64,000 bases of DNA from Ferruginibacter sp. (GTDB lineage: Bacteria > Bacteroidota > Bacteroidia > Chitinophagales > Chitinophagaceae), in NCBI GenBank assembly GCA_039922375.1, contig JBDSAA010000211.1, positions 25,305 to 89,304 of the forward strand, given 5' to 3'. Position numbers and translations under genes: made by a program. The notes under the pieces are model-generated. The model was not told the origin of the DNA. It saw only the letters and a program-made list of their open reading frames with translations, and ran no database searches. Shown here in pieces: positions 8,929-18,548 of the stretch (position 1 is its first letter; every line of letters starts with the position of its first letter).

Positions 8929-11394
8929 TTATTGAGAGATTACATTGCTTCCCTTTTCATTAGTACTCTTTTGTAACTTAAAATTTAAAGGAACATTTAA
9001 TTTAACGCTGAAATTTCTGCCCATATTAAACACGCCCGTTCTACCGGTAACAATGTTTTCTGCGGCATATTTTAAGCGGCTCAAATGATTCTGATAAGCC
9101 ACATCACCAAGGTTGGAGGCAATAAAATGAAGACTAAATAATGTCATGCCTTTTTTCGAAACAAAGTCACCACCGACAGCAGCATTTAATAAAGTGTATG
9201 CCGGCGTGAGGGTTTCTGTATTGTAAACTGAAAAGGTTTTGTTTTGTGCAAATGTATTGTCAATTTCAAACTTTGTATAAAAGTTATGGATAGCTTTTCC
9301 AGCCGTTTTAAAATTGCCCCTAAGTTCAGTAATTAAACGTGGTGCGGGGACAAAAGGCAAGAACTTATTAGACTGGATTGCCTCTTTAAACCGGCCTGCC
9401 ACCAACGAAAAAGTGTTTTGCACATGCAGCCAATCCAAGGGGTGCGGATGAATATCAACGGTAGCTTCCAGGCCCCGCAAAGCAGCCTGGCGCTGGTCGA
9501 ACTTAAATGCATTTAGTTCGTTGCCGTCAACAGTTACCGTAGAATCCCCACCACTTACAGCCTGTAATTTTCTATAAAAAATAAAGTTGCTAAAACTGTT
9601 ATTGTAAGCTGATAATCCTATTGAAATATGTTCGGTATTAAAATCTAAACCAGCATCCAGTTGAGTACTGGTTTCGCTTTTCAAATTCACATCTCCATAT
9701 TCAAAGCGGGTGGTTCCTTCATGTGCGCCATTTGATGCAAGTTCAGCAATCCCCGGTGCCCTAAAACCCCTTGCCACATTTAACTTAAATACAAGCTGGT
9801 TTGTAATCTCCGCAGCCATACCAACACTTCCCGAAAAGTTTCCAAATGATCTATTAAAAGAATTACCTTTCACAGTACTACCATCCAGCAGATCTTTTAC
9901 TTTCAAATTCCTGTTATCATAGCGGGCACCTCCACTGAGGGTTACCTTATTAATTGTTTTTTTAGTGTAGAAATAAACTCCTTTATCCGAGAGGTTATAA
10001 TCAGGTATTAATTGTTCAACGCCTTTATTGGTATTTTGCTGTTGCATGCCATTGAAGCCGGCAGAGGTATTCCATCCATTCATCTCTTTAAAATGAAGTT
10101 GTGCTGTATAGGTAAAGGTTTTCAAATCGAAGAATAACGAGCGTTCATTCAAGTCATCAACATTGCCAAATTCCGCACGTTTGTTTTCCTGGAAGGCAGT
10201 ATTAATTGACAGGCGATTTTTTCCCAATTTTAAATTGTTATCGAGGGCAATTTTAAAATGCCTGATGTGCTGGTAAGGAATTTGAGGATCACTACCTTTG
10301 AAATCCTCATCTGTTGCTTTCTCATATGCCCCTCCTGCCCCCGGCTTAAGAAAATTTCCCTGTGCATCCCTTTCGCCTTCCACTAGACCCGCATTTAAAT
10401 CAAATTTGCTAAACAATAAATGGCTGTAACCCCAATTACCATTGTATCCCATATATCCGCCAAAATTGTGTTGGTTGAATTTCGAATTGTAAACGCTACC
10501 ATCGTATTTATTCTTATAATCGGAAGCTGCTACGGCCGAGCTGTACACGTTCCAATTGATTCCCTTAATATTGCCTGCAAGGTTTGCATTGAGCGTTCGG
10601 GCCTTATTGTTAGTTTGATAATTGGTAAAGATATTTGCCTTCACTGTATTATTTTCTACCGGCACGTTGGTAATAATATTGATAACCCCTGCCATGGCAT
10701 CGCTGCCATAAATAACAGATGCAGGGCCCTTAAGTATTTCCACTTTATTCACACTCGCTTCATCCACCTCAATACCATGTTCATCTCCCCACTGTTGCCC
10801 TTCCTGGCGCACACCATCATTAATGGTCAGCACCCTGTTGTATCCCAATCCCCGGATCACTGGTTTGGAAATGGCTGGCCCTGTGGACATAGAAGATACG
10901 CCCGGCCTCTTTGCAAGGGCTTCTATAATATTGGTGGACGAGCTTTGCAACAGATCCTCCTTTTTTAAAACAGCTACCTGGAAGGGTGCTTTTTTCAATT
11001 GCGTCGCACCACTTACACCCGTTACAATCACCGTATTATTTTCGACTACAGATGGCGATAAGGTATAGTCCTTTTTAGTATCGCCACTGATATAAATGTT
11101 ATCTATTAAAGTGATAAATCCAATATGGGATATTTCCACCAGGTGCCTCCCTTCGGGAACATTTCGAATGTCAAAATTTCCATTTGCATCAGTGGAAACA
11201 CCCACTTTAATATCAGAGAAATAAATAGAAACTCCTGGAATAGGGCGGGTTGATGCATCAGTTATTTTGCCCGAAAAACTGCCTCTTAATATTTTTAAAC
11301 TATCCGCTGCTGTCGGCCCGGGCCTGGCAGAAGATTGGTGGAAGCCTGTAAAAAATAATGATATATACACGAAAAGTATTTGAATTGTTTTCAT
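8929..11394 (-). CDS. TonB-dependent receptor with an N-terminal carboxypeptidase-regulatory-like domain
   Basis: Signal peptide, CarbopepD_reg-like segment (GKITDASTRPIPGVSIY), plug (VEILKGPASVIYGSDAMAGVINI) and a long barrel. Confidence 0.9.
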   Translation of the reverse strand: MKTIQILFVYISLFFTGFHQSSARPGPTAADSLKILRGSFSGKITDASTRPIPGVSIYFSDIKVGVSTDANGNFDIRNVPEGRHLVEISHIGFITLIDNIYISGDTKKDYTLSPSVVENNTVIVTGVSGATQLKKAPFQVAVLKKEDLLQSSSTNIIEALAKRPGVSSMSTGPAISKPVIRGLGYNRVLTINDGVRQEGQQWGDEHGIEVDEASVNKVEILKGPASVIYGSDAMAGVINIITNVPVENNTVKANIFTNYQTNNKARTLNANLAGNIKGINWNVYSSAVAASDYKNKYDGSVYNSKFNQHNFGGYMGYNGNWGYSHLLFSKFDLNAGLVEGERDAQGNFLKPGAGGAYEKATDEDFKGSDPQIPYQHIRHFKIALDNNLKLGKNRLSINTAFQENKRAEFGNVDDLNERSLFFDLKTFTYTAQLHFKEMNGWNTSAGFNGMQQQNTNKGVEQLIPDYNLSDKGVYFYTKKTINKVTLSGGARYDNRNLKVKDLLDGSTVKGNSFNRSFGNFSGSVGMAAEITNQLVFKLNVARGFRAPGIAELASNGAHEGTTRFEYGDVNLKSETSTQLDAGLDFNTEHISIGLSAYNNSFSNFIFYRKLQAVSGGDSTVTVDGNELNAFKFDQRQAALRGLEATVDIHPHPLDWLHVQNTFSLVAGRFKEAIQSNKFLPFVPAPRLITELRGNFKTAGKAIHNFYTKFEIDNTFAQNKTFSVYNTETLTPAYTLLNAAVGGDFVSKKGMTLFSLHFIASNLGDVAYQNHLSRLKYAAENIVTGRTGVFNMGRNFSVKLNVPLNFKLQKSTNEKGSNVISQ

Positions 11395-11466
11395 TAGTAA
11401 CCTTTATATAATTAGAAAAAAGATAGCAACTGCAACTATAAAATATAGCTTGCATTCATCGATATG

Positions 11467-11853
11467 CTATGCTCCCGGCGGGCCACGGAGGGTTGACTTA
11501 ACATGATGATCAGTTACAATAAAGGTGTAATAGGAAGGAATTATTTCGAGGTGAGTAAACCTTTGAGAAATGGTAATGACCGAAAGGCCATTTGTAAAAG
11601 GTGATTCGACAACCAAATGGTCGCACTGGCAATGGAACTTTAGTTCAGATACATTATTGCCGATTCCATCGGGTATCTTCTTTATGCAGTCCGGGTGATT
11701 TGCAAAAATATCGTGCAGTATTTGTTTGGGTGTATTGCTTACTATAAACAGCAACAGCAGTGCTGAAGCGATAATGGGCCGTATAATTTTAATTTTGCTC
11801 AAGCTAAAAATTGTAACGATGATGCAAATTACAAAATGTTTATTTGCTAACAA
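11467..11853 (-). CDS. Hypothetical small membrane-anchored protein
   Basis: ORF only. It has one N-terminal hydrophobic helix and sits just upstream of, and co-oriented with, the TonB-dependent receptor. Confidence 0.35.
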   Translation of the reverse strand: MLANKHFVICIIVTIFSLSKIKIIRPIIASALLLLFIVSNTPKQILHDIFANHPDCIKKIPDGIGNNVSELKFHCQCDHLVVESPFTNGLSVITISQRFTHLEIIPSYYTFIVTDHHVKSTLRGPPGA

Positions 11854-11989
11854 TATTTATTCTGCCAGTGTTTAGAGCGATGGTTTTACCCCTGGATAAA
11901 TGTTAGGACTCCCTATATCGAACTATAGATTATAAAAAAACCTGCCAACAACATTGACAGGGTTCACACCGCTCCAGAAAAACAACCGT

Positions 11990-12571
11990 TTACCTTTTCG
12001 CCACATCAAATTTTCGGAAAATACTCCTCACTGCACTTTCTATTTCTTTACGGGTGAGGTTTTTATTATTCACTTCATTTGTTGACCATCCTTGCCAGAT
12101 CACTTTATCGGTTTTTGTGTCGAGCATAGTGATCGTAAGTGTTCCTTCCCGGGCTTCATACCCATCGGTGCTATATCCCATAAACTGAGATGGGAAATAA
12201 ACATAACTGAACCGACGGGTATATGGATTGAAATAGCGCCTGGTATAACCTTGCGAATACACAGGGCTAGTATTCTCCCTGACTCTTTTTTCAACAAGGA
12301 TATCATGTTTTAAAATAACATCCGGACGTTTTTTATCCATCCGCCAATTAGCCTTCTCTAATTCTGCATTTACTGCCTGACGAAGGCTTGTTTCCTGAAG
12401 GCTATTTTTTTTGATTACACTTGAATCATCATTTTCTTCATTCAACCAGGCATATGTTTTAATTTTATCAAAATTTACAGCATCATCTTTTTCCACAAAT
12501 GCTGTCGTTGCACATCCCGATAATAGCAAACCGAAAAACGCAAACGTAATTAACGATTTAATACTTTTCAT
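11990..12571 (-). CDS. DUF4136 domain lipoprotein
   Basis: Lipobox LLSGC, then the DUF4136-like pattern (FDKIKTYAW ... GTLTITMLD ... VIWQGW). Confidence 0.75.
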   Translation of the reverse strand: MKSIKSLITFAFFGLLLSGCATTAFVEKDDAVNFDKIKTYAWLNEENDDSSVIKKNSLQETSLRQAVNAELEKANWRMDKKRPDVILKHDILVEKRVRENTSPVYSQGYTRRYFNPYTRRFSYVYFPSQFMGYSTDGYEAREGTLTITMLDTKTDKVIWQGWSTNEVNNKNLTRKEIESAVRSIFRKFDVAKR

Positions 12572-12750
12572 TTTTTCCTCCTGTTTTTAATTTGTTTATC
12601 ACTACAAACGTAAAAAGATGTTGTTAGAGTTATAATGGAATGTTAAACAAAGTCCAAGCCAATTAAATATTAAAACGCTTATCTGGCCTTAGTCTTAACG
12701 ATTATTTTAACCAAAATACTGTTAAGAACAATTGCGTTTAAATTTATTCT

Positions 12751-12798
12751 CCTCCCAACAAAAAATGCCCGGCTTGCCGGGCATTTTTTGTTGGGAGG
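12751..12798. terminator. Bidirectional intrinsic terminator downstream of the thiolase gene
   Basis: Perfect palindrome cctcccaacaaaaaatgcccgg cttg ccgggcattttttgttgggagg. The GC stem is flanked by A- and T-runs. Confidence 0.8.
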
Positions 12799-12806
12799 AA
12801 TAACTC

Positions 12807-13985
12807 TTAATCGATATTTTCAATAATCCCCGCAATACCCTGGCCACCGCCAACACAGGCTGTAACAATTCCATATTTTTTCTTCAACCGCTTCATATCA
12901 TTCACTAACTGAAGGGTTAATTTACAACCGGTGCAGCCCAGCGGATGACCCAAAGCAATAGCACCACCATTTATATTTACGATGGCCGGGTCTAGTTGCA
13001 ATTCGTTGATTACCGCTAAAGACTGTGAGGCAAAAGCCTCATTTAATTCGATCAAACCAATATCGCCAAGGCTCATGCCCGCCTGTTTCAGCACTTTGGG
13101 CACCGCTTCTACTGGCCCCATACCCATGATCCTTGGATGCACGCCTGCACTCGCACAATTGACTAGCCGTGCAATTGGCTTTAAGCCAAGTTCATTGATC
13201 ATCCGTTCACTCATAACAATTACAAAGGCTGCCCCATCGCTTGTCTGTGAACTATTGCCCGCAGTAATAGTACCGCCTAATGCAAATGCCGGTTTCAATT
13301 TTGCCAAACCTTCCAATGAGGTATCTGCCCGTACGCCTTCATCCGTATCCACTGTGTAATTTCTTTTTTGTTTTTTTCCTGCGGCATCTAGATAGACTTC
13401 CTCAACGGTGATGGGTAATATTCCACTTTTAAAATAGCCTTCTTTTATTGCATTACCAGCCTTCAGGTGGCTATTGTAACTGAAGGCGTCCTGAGCCTCT
13501 CTGCTTACTTTGTATTCTTTTGCCACTGCTTCGGCGGTAAGTCCCATGCTTAAGTAATAATCCGGGTTGTCTTTCGCAATTGAATAGGCCGGCGATGTTT
13601 TCCATCCTGCTGTGGGTACCATGGTCATGCTTTCGGTTCCGCCAGCTATAATGCATTCAGCCATACCGCACCTGATCTTCGCGGTTGCCATGGCGATACT
13701 TTCAAGGCCACTGGCACAATACCTGTTAATGGTGATGCCGGGTGCATGAATGCCAACAGCTTTTGCTGAAATCATCCTGCCTACCTGTAAGCCCTGTTCC
13801 GCTTCCGGCACCGCATTGCCTACAATTACATCATCCACTCTTAGTACATCTAACTGCGGTACACTGGCCAGTAATCCTTTTATTACGTCAATTGCCAGGT
13901 CATCCGGCCGGGTAAACCTAAACCCACCTTTCTTGCTTTTTGTAATCGCCGTTCTGTATCCTGCTATAATGTATGCTTCCTGCAT
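12807..13985 (-). CDS. Acetyl-CoA C-acyltransferase (thiolase)
   Basis: Thiolase signatures: NRYCASGLE (active Cys), NEAFA, GGAIALGHPLGCTG. Confidence 0.92.
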   Translation of the reverse strand: MQEAYIIAGYRTAITKSKKGGFRFTRPDDLAIDVIKGLLASVPQLDVLRVDDVIVGNAVPEAEQGLQVGRMISAKAVGIHAPGITINRYCASGLESIAMATAKIRCGMAECIIAGGTESMTMVPTAGWKTSPAYSIAKDNPDYYLSMGLTAEAVAKEYKVSREAQDAFSYNSHLKAGNAIKEGYFKSGILPITVEEVYLDAAGKKQKRNYTVDTDEGVRADTSLEGLAKLKPAFALGGTITAGNSSQTSDGAAFVIVMSERMINELGLKPIARLVNCASAGVHPRIMGMGPVEAVPKVLKQAGMSLGDIGLIELNEAFASQSLAVINELQLDPAIVNINGGAIALGHPLGCTGCKLTLQLVNDMKRLKKKYGIVTACVGGGQGIAGIIENID

Positions 13986-14104
13986 GGTATAAACTTTTAT
14001 GATTTTAATGATGTTGGCTCAGGTAGTTGATAATAGTTGTTTATGCAACTTTCTATACCAAAGTTATAATTTCTATTGGAAAAGAAAAAACGAAAACTGT
14101 ATGG

Positions 14105-14112
14105 TACTTTTG
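14105..14112 (+). promoter_or_regulatory. Bacteroidetes -7 box TActTTTG for pyrD
   Basis: Exact match to TAnnTTTG, 7 nt upstream of the ATG at 14120. This implies a leaderless or near-leaderless mRNA. Confidence 0.5.
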
Positions 14113-14119
14113 CGCCCAC

Positions 14120-15190
14120 ATGTATATAATCCTTCGTACAGTTTTATTTGCTTTTGCCCCTGAATGGGTGCATTATTTTTCAATGAATTGGTTAAAGATT
14201 ATTTGTAAACTTCCATTGGGTAAAAGGTTGTTAAGTAATCAGTTTGTACCGCCCGCCTCGACTTCAACTGCCAGATTTTTAGGATTGACCTTTTCTAATC
14301 CTGTCGGACTGGGAGCTGGATTTGACAAAAATGCAGCCTATTTAAATGAACTGGAAGCCCTTGGTTTTGGGTTTGTGGAAATAGGCACGGTCACGCCCTT
14401 GGCGCAGGTTGGGAACGATCAGCCAAGAATATTTCGTTTGCCACAAGATAAAGCATTGATCAACCGGATGGGTTTTAATAATGATGGTGCCCAGGCAATT
14501 GCAGCACGGCTAAAAAGCTGGCAAGAAACATCAAACACAGAAAAGAGCGTTTCACCTTCAAAGGCTGAAAAAAACAGGTTGATCATTGGCGGTAATATTG
14601 GCAAAAATAAAATTACAGCGAATGAAGATGCCTGGAAGGATTATGTCATTTGCTTTAATGCCTTGCACGATTTTGTAGATTATTTCGTAGTAAATGTAAG
14701 TTCTCCTAATACCCCCGGTTTAAGGGAACTACAGGAAAAAGAATCGCTGCGAAAAATTTTAACCCAGTTACAAGAACAAAACAATTTCTTCAAAATTAAA
14801 AAGCCAATACTGCTTAAAATAGCACCGGATCTAACGCTGGAACAAATTGATGATGTGATCGACCTGGCTATGGAAATAAAGCTTGATGGATTGGTTGCAT
14901 GCAATACCACCATCAGCAGGGAAGGACTAAAAACAAAAAGCTCAGAAGTAAACAGCATGGGTGCAGGCGGCTTAAGTGGAGTGCCCATTAAAGAAAGGAG
15001 TACAGAAATAGTTCGGTATATACATCAAAAAACAAACGGCCAATTACCCATTATTGCCAGTGGAGGAATATTTACCGGTGAAGATGCAGTTGAAAAGTTA
15101 ACTGCAGGGGCCACATTGGTACAGATATGGACGGGGTTTATTTATGAGGGGCCGGCTATTGTGAAAAATATTTGCAAGGCAATCATCTAA
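14120..15190 (+). CDS. pyrD: Dihydroorotate dehydrogenase (quinone)
   Basis: Class-2 DHODH layout: GLGAGFDKN, GFVEIGTVTP, VNVSSPNTPGLR, GVPIKERST, ASGGI. Start taken at the internal ATG (MYIILRTVLF...) that follows the -7 box. Confidence 0.9.
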   Translation: MYIILRTVLFAFAPEWVHYFSMNWLKIICKLPLGKRLLSNQFVPPASTSTARFLGLTFSNPVGLGAGFDKNAAYLNELEALGFGFVEIGTVTPLAQVGNDQPRIFRLPQDKALINRMGFNNDGAQAIAARLKSWQETSNTEKSVSPSKAEKNRLIIGGNIGKNKITANEDAWKDYVICFNALHDFVDYFVVNVSSPNTPGLRELQEKESLRKILTQLQEQNNFFKIKKPILLKIAPDLTLEQIDDVIDLAMEIKLDGLVACNTTISREGLKTKSSEVNSMGAGGLSGVPIKERSTEIVRYIHQKTNGQLPIIASGGIFTGEDAVEKLTAGATLVQIWTGFIYEGPAIVKNICKAII

Positions 15191-15254
15191 GGGAATGGTT
15201 TTTTTATAAAAAATAATAGATTATAAATTATCGGAATTAGAAATGGCTTCCGGC

Positions 15255-15262
15255 TATTTTTG
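15255..15262 (+). promoter_or_regulatory. Bacteroidetes -7 box TAttTTTG for the TerC-family gene
   Basis: Exact TAnnTTTG match, 17 nt upstream of the ATG at 15280. Confidence 0.5.
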
Positions 15263-15279
15263 CACTCAATTAAAATACT

Positions 15280-16086
15280 ATGGAATATTTATTTACGTCA
15301 GAGAGTTTGGTCAGTTTTTTTGTATTGGTGGTGCTGGAAATTGTGTTGGGTATCGATAATGTAATATTCGTTAGCATCATTATGAACCGCCTGCAAAAGA
15401 AACAGGACCAAACAAAGGCGAGGCGTATCTGGATGATCACAGGCATTCTTTCACGCAGTTTATTGTTGATGGGGCTGGGATGGTTACTGTCTCAAAAAGG
15501 TAAAGCTGTATTTACTTTATTTGACAAAGGGTTCGACCTGGCCAGTATTGTGATGTTGCTCGGCGGTTTATTTCTGATCTATAAATCAGTGAAGGAAATT
15601 CACGGCAAACTGGAAGGGGAAGACCCCAATGAGTCTATGAAAACGCAAAAAGGCATCACCCTCCCACAAGCCATCGGGCAGATAATTTTAATAGATGCGG
15701 TATTTTCTTTTGACAGCATTATAACGGCTGGGGGTACAGCAAAACACGTGGAAATAATGATAGCTGCTGTGGTAATTGCGATGATCGTCATGTTTTTATT
15801 CAGTCCTAAAATTTCCAGTTTTATACACAAGCATCCAACACTTAAAATGCTGGCGTTATCCTTTTTAGTAATGATTGGATTAAGCCTGATAATGGAAGGA
15901 TGGGATGCTGAAACTTCTGCGAAACTACACCTGAAAAATTATATTTATTTTGGAATGGCCTTTTCTTTTATTGTTGAAATACTGAACATGACCATGATGA
16001 AAAGAGCCAGGAAAAAAAGATTGGTGGAATTAAATGAGCCCGTGTTGAGACAAGAGGATGAAAGTTTTGGTGACCAGGCAAAATAA
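15280..16086 (+). CDS. TerC family integral membrane protein
   Basis: Multi-TM protein with LEIVLGIDNVIFVS and LIDAVFSFDSIITA motifs. Confidence 0.85.
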   Translation: MEYLFTSESLVSFFVLVVLEIVLGIDNVIFVSIIMNRLQKKQDQTKARRIWMITGILSRSLLLMGLGWLLSQKGKAVFTLFDKGFDLASIVMLLGGLFLIYKSVKEIHGKLEGEDPNESMKTQKGITLPQAIGQIILIDAVFSFDSIITAGGTAKHVEIMIAAVVIAMIVMFLFSPKISSFIHKHPTLKMLALSFLVMIGLSLIMEGWDAETSAKLHLKNYIYFGMAFSFIVEILNMTMMKRARKKRLVELNEPVLRQEDESFGDQAK

Positions 16087-16135
16087 ATGTGAAAAATGTG
16101 AAAATTAAAAACCGGACAATTAAATGAAAGATGAA

Positions 16136-16858
16136 TTAACCTAAGGATAAGGTTGTAACCGCCACCACCCCGGCTGTTTCTGTTCTCAACCTGGTTTTTC
16201 CCAATGCTACGGGAACAAAATTACTTTTTAATGCAAGGTCTATTTCATCTATCGTAAAATCCCCTTCTGGGCCTATTAATACAAGCGCCTCGCTGAAAGG
16301 TTTATAAGTATAAAGTTCATCGCGGGGTTCATCTGCTTCGCAGTGGGCGATGAACTTTTGCGCTGCCGTTTCTTCCTTTAAGCTCTTTAGATATGTAACA
16401 AATTTCAAGGGTTCATGCAAAACAGGTAGCCAGGTTTGTTGGGATTGCAGCATGGCGCTTACTAAAATGCCTTTCATTCTATCTATTCGAAAATGCTGCT
16501 TTTCTGTTCGGGTGCAGATCAGGGGTACAATTTCATTAGCGCCTATTTCAGTCGCTTTTTCTAAAAACCACTCGAAGCGGTGTGCGTTTTTCACCAGCGA
16601 AACAGCAATGGTTATTTTCTTTTCAGATACGTGCTGAAATGTGGAGGACAGAATTTTGACTGCACATTTTCTCCGGTTATTGTCTGTAATTTCTGCAATA
16701 AATAATTTGCCTTTGCCATCGGTTAATTTCAGTTGCTCACCATTTTGCATACGAAGTACCTGGGCCACATGTTTGCTGGTTTCATCGTCCAGCACAACTT
16801 CGTTTGTAGCTAAGTTTATATCTTCTTTATAAAAAAATGGGAACGCCATCTCAGTCAA
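16136..16858 (-). CDS. rsmE: 16S rRNA (uracil1498-N3)-methyltransferase
   Basis: RsmE length and layout: HVAQVLRM N-terminal PUA-like part and LIGPEGDFT SPOUT motif. Confidence 0.85.
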   Translation of the reverse strand: MTEMAFPFFYKEDINLATNEVVLDDETSKHVAQVLRMQNGEQLKLTDGKGKLFIAEITDNNRRKCAVKILSSTFQHVSEKKITIAVSLVKNAHRFEWFLEKATEIGANEIVPLICTRTEKQHFRIDRMKGILVSAMLQSQQTWLPVLHEPLKFVTYLKSLKEETAAQKFIAHCEADEPRDELYTYKPFSEALVLIGPEGDFTIDEIDLALKSNFVPVALGKTRLRTETAGVVAVTTLSLG

Positions 16859-16985
16859 TCTTTATATTAATTTTTATCAGATTCAACTAATTCTATGCTA
16901 ACTATCAATTACCCTATCTGTTAATTCGTGTAATTCGTACTTTTAAAATTCGTGTTACAAAATTAAAATTCGTGTTACAAAAAAA

Positions 16986-18548
16986 TTAAAAAGGTGCATC
17001 GTCATCAAAAGCTCCGTCATTCATTTTACTCCCCTTCTGAATATACAGTTTTGCCCCGCCGCCATCGTCATCGCTTTTTACAGGCCTGAAATTCCCGCCA
17101 GAAGAACCTCCTCCAAAATCGCTGCCACCGTCATCATCTTCTACAAACTTTTGAATATGCAGCAATGCTTTTAATTTGATTGTATCCAGGCTACCATTCC
17201 TATGTTTGGCAATTTTCACAAATGTTTCGCCCTTGTTGCTCTCCCCCATTTCGTTAGCAGTAATATCATAATACTCGGGCCTGTAGAGGAACATTACCAT
17301 ATCCGCATCCTGCTCAATGGCGCCCGATTCCCTTAAATCGCTCAACTGAGGAATTTTAGCTCCTTCTTTTCTTTTCTCCACTTCCCGGCTCAACTGCGAT
17401 AGGGCGATAATCGGCACTTTCAACTCCTTAGCCAACCCTTTCAAATCACGGGAAATTTTGCTGATCTCCTGCTCACGGTTACCATTTTTGTTATCGCCTC
17501 CGCCACTCATCAACTGCAGGTAATCAATAATGATCAATCCGATATCATGCTTGTTTTTTAGCCGGCGGCATTTAGCCCTTAATTCAAAAATGTTTAAGGC
17601 AGCCGTGTCATCAATATAAATAGGGGCGTTGCTTAAGCGCTCGATACCACGCTTATACAATTGTTTCATTTCATGCTCTTCGAGTTTGCCACGGGTTATT
17701 TTTTCCAGCCATATCTCACTCTCGGCGCTCAATATACGCTGTACCAACTGGCTGCTGCTCATCTCCAAACTAAAAAATACAACGGGTGTTGGTTTGGTAG
17801 GATGCAAGGCCGCACTTCGGGCCAAGTTCAAGGCAAACGCTGTTTTACCCACAGATGGCCTTGCAGCCAACACGATCAGATCTGTTTGTTGCCATCCGTA
17901 AGTCAGTTTATCCAATGATGCAAAGCCACTAGGCACACCTGTTATATCTTCATCACGGTTGCGCATATCTTCAATACGCTGAATGGTTTTTACCAATACT
18001 GTATTGATATCTTCAAATGCACTTCTAAGATGATTATTGGTGATCTCGAACAGTTTGCTTTCAGCATCGTCCAGCAAATCAAACACATCGGTGCTGTCTT
18101 CATAAGCATCGCCGATAATTTCGCCGCTGATGCGGATGAGCTCACGCTGGATAAATTTTTGCAGTACGATCCTCGAGTGGGCCTCAATATTGGCAGACGA
18201 TACAACGGCGTTGGTCAATTTGGATACATAATAAGGCCCACCTACCAGTTCCAAGTCTTCTTTTAATTTTAATTCTTCTACAACCGTTAATAAATCTATT
18301 GGTAAACTTTTATCTGCCAGCGATTTCATGGCTTTAAAAATCCGCTGGTTGGCTTCTCCGTAAAAGCACTCCGGCTTCAAAATTTCAATCACTGTATCAA
18401 ATGCACTTTTTTCAAGCATGATTGCTCCAAGCACCGCTTCCTCCAGTTCTTTCGCTTGTGGTGGTACTTTGCCAAAAACCATGTTTCCCAAATCAAGGGA
18501 GGGTTTTCTTCTTATTTTTCTGTCTTTGTTTAGGTTAGTAAGATCCAT
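16986..18548 (-). CDS. dnaB: Replicative DNA helicase
   Basis: PPQAKELEEAVLGAIML N-terminal domain, Walker A ARPSVGKT, IIIDYLQLM, and a glycine-rich C-terminal tail. Confidence 0.95.
   Translation of the reverse strand: MDLTNLNKDRKIRRKPSLDLGNMVFGKVPPQAKELEEAVLGAIMLEKSAFDTVIEILKPECFYGEANQRIFKAMKSLADKSLPIDLLTVVEELKLKEDLELVGGPYYVSKLTNAVVSSANIEAHSRIVLQKFIQRELIRISGEIIGDAYEDSTDVFDLLDDAESKLFEITNNHLRSAFEDINTVLVKTIQRIEDMRNRDEDITGVPSGFASLDKLTYGWQQTDLIVLAARPSVGKTAFALNLARSAALHPTKPTPVVFFSLEMSSSQLVQRILSAESEIWLEKITRGKLEEHEMKQLYKRGIERLSNAPIYIDDTAALNIFELRAKCRRLKNKHDIGLIIIDYLQLMSGGGDNKNGNREQEISKISRDLKGLAKELKVPIIALSQLSREVEKRKEGAKIPQLSDLRESGAIEQDADMVMFLYRPEYYDITANEMGESNKGETFVKIAKHRNGSLDTIKLKALLHIQKFVEDDDGGSDFGGGSSGGNFRPVKSDDDGGGAKLYIQKGSKMNDGAFDDDAPF

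Noticed and set aside
10420-10968. Long antisense or shadow ORFs inside large genes, for example 10420..10968, 30000..30629, 52722..53357, 12982..13359 and 19790..20287.
   Set aside because: Each lies entirely within a strongly supported gene on the opposite strand (TonB-dependent receptor, purA, kinase, thiolase, pheT). Their composition is atypical and low in complexity, as expected for mirror-frame ORFs.
14027-14119. The upstream ATG (14027) as the pyrD start.
   Set aside because: The extension (MIIVVYATFYTKVIISIGKEKTK...) is non-homologous, AT-rich sequence and contains the TActTTTG promoter box. The internal ATG at 14120 gives a typical class-2 DHODH N-terminus.
15191-15279. A yybP-ykoY (manganese) riboswitch upstream of the TerC-family gene.
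   Set aside because: The spacer is only 89 nt and AT-rich, with a -7 box 17 nt before the ATG. That leaves no room for, and shows no sign of, the conserved four-helix element.
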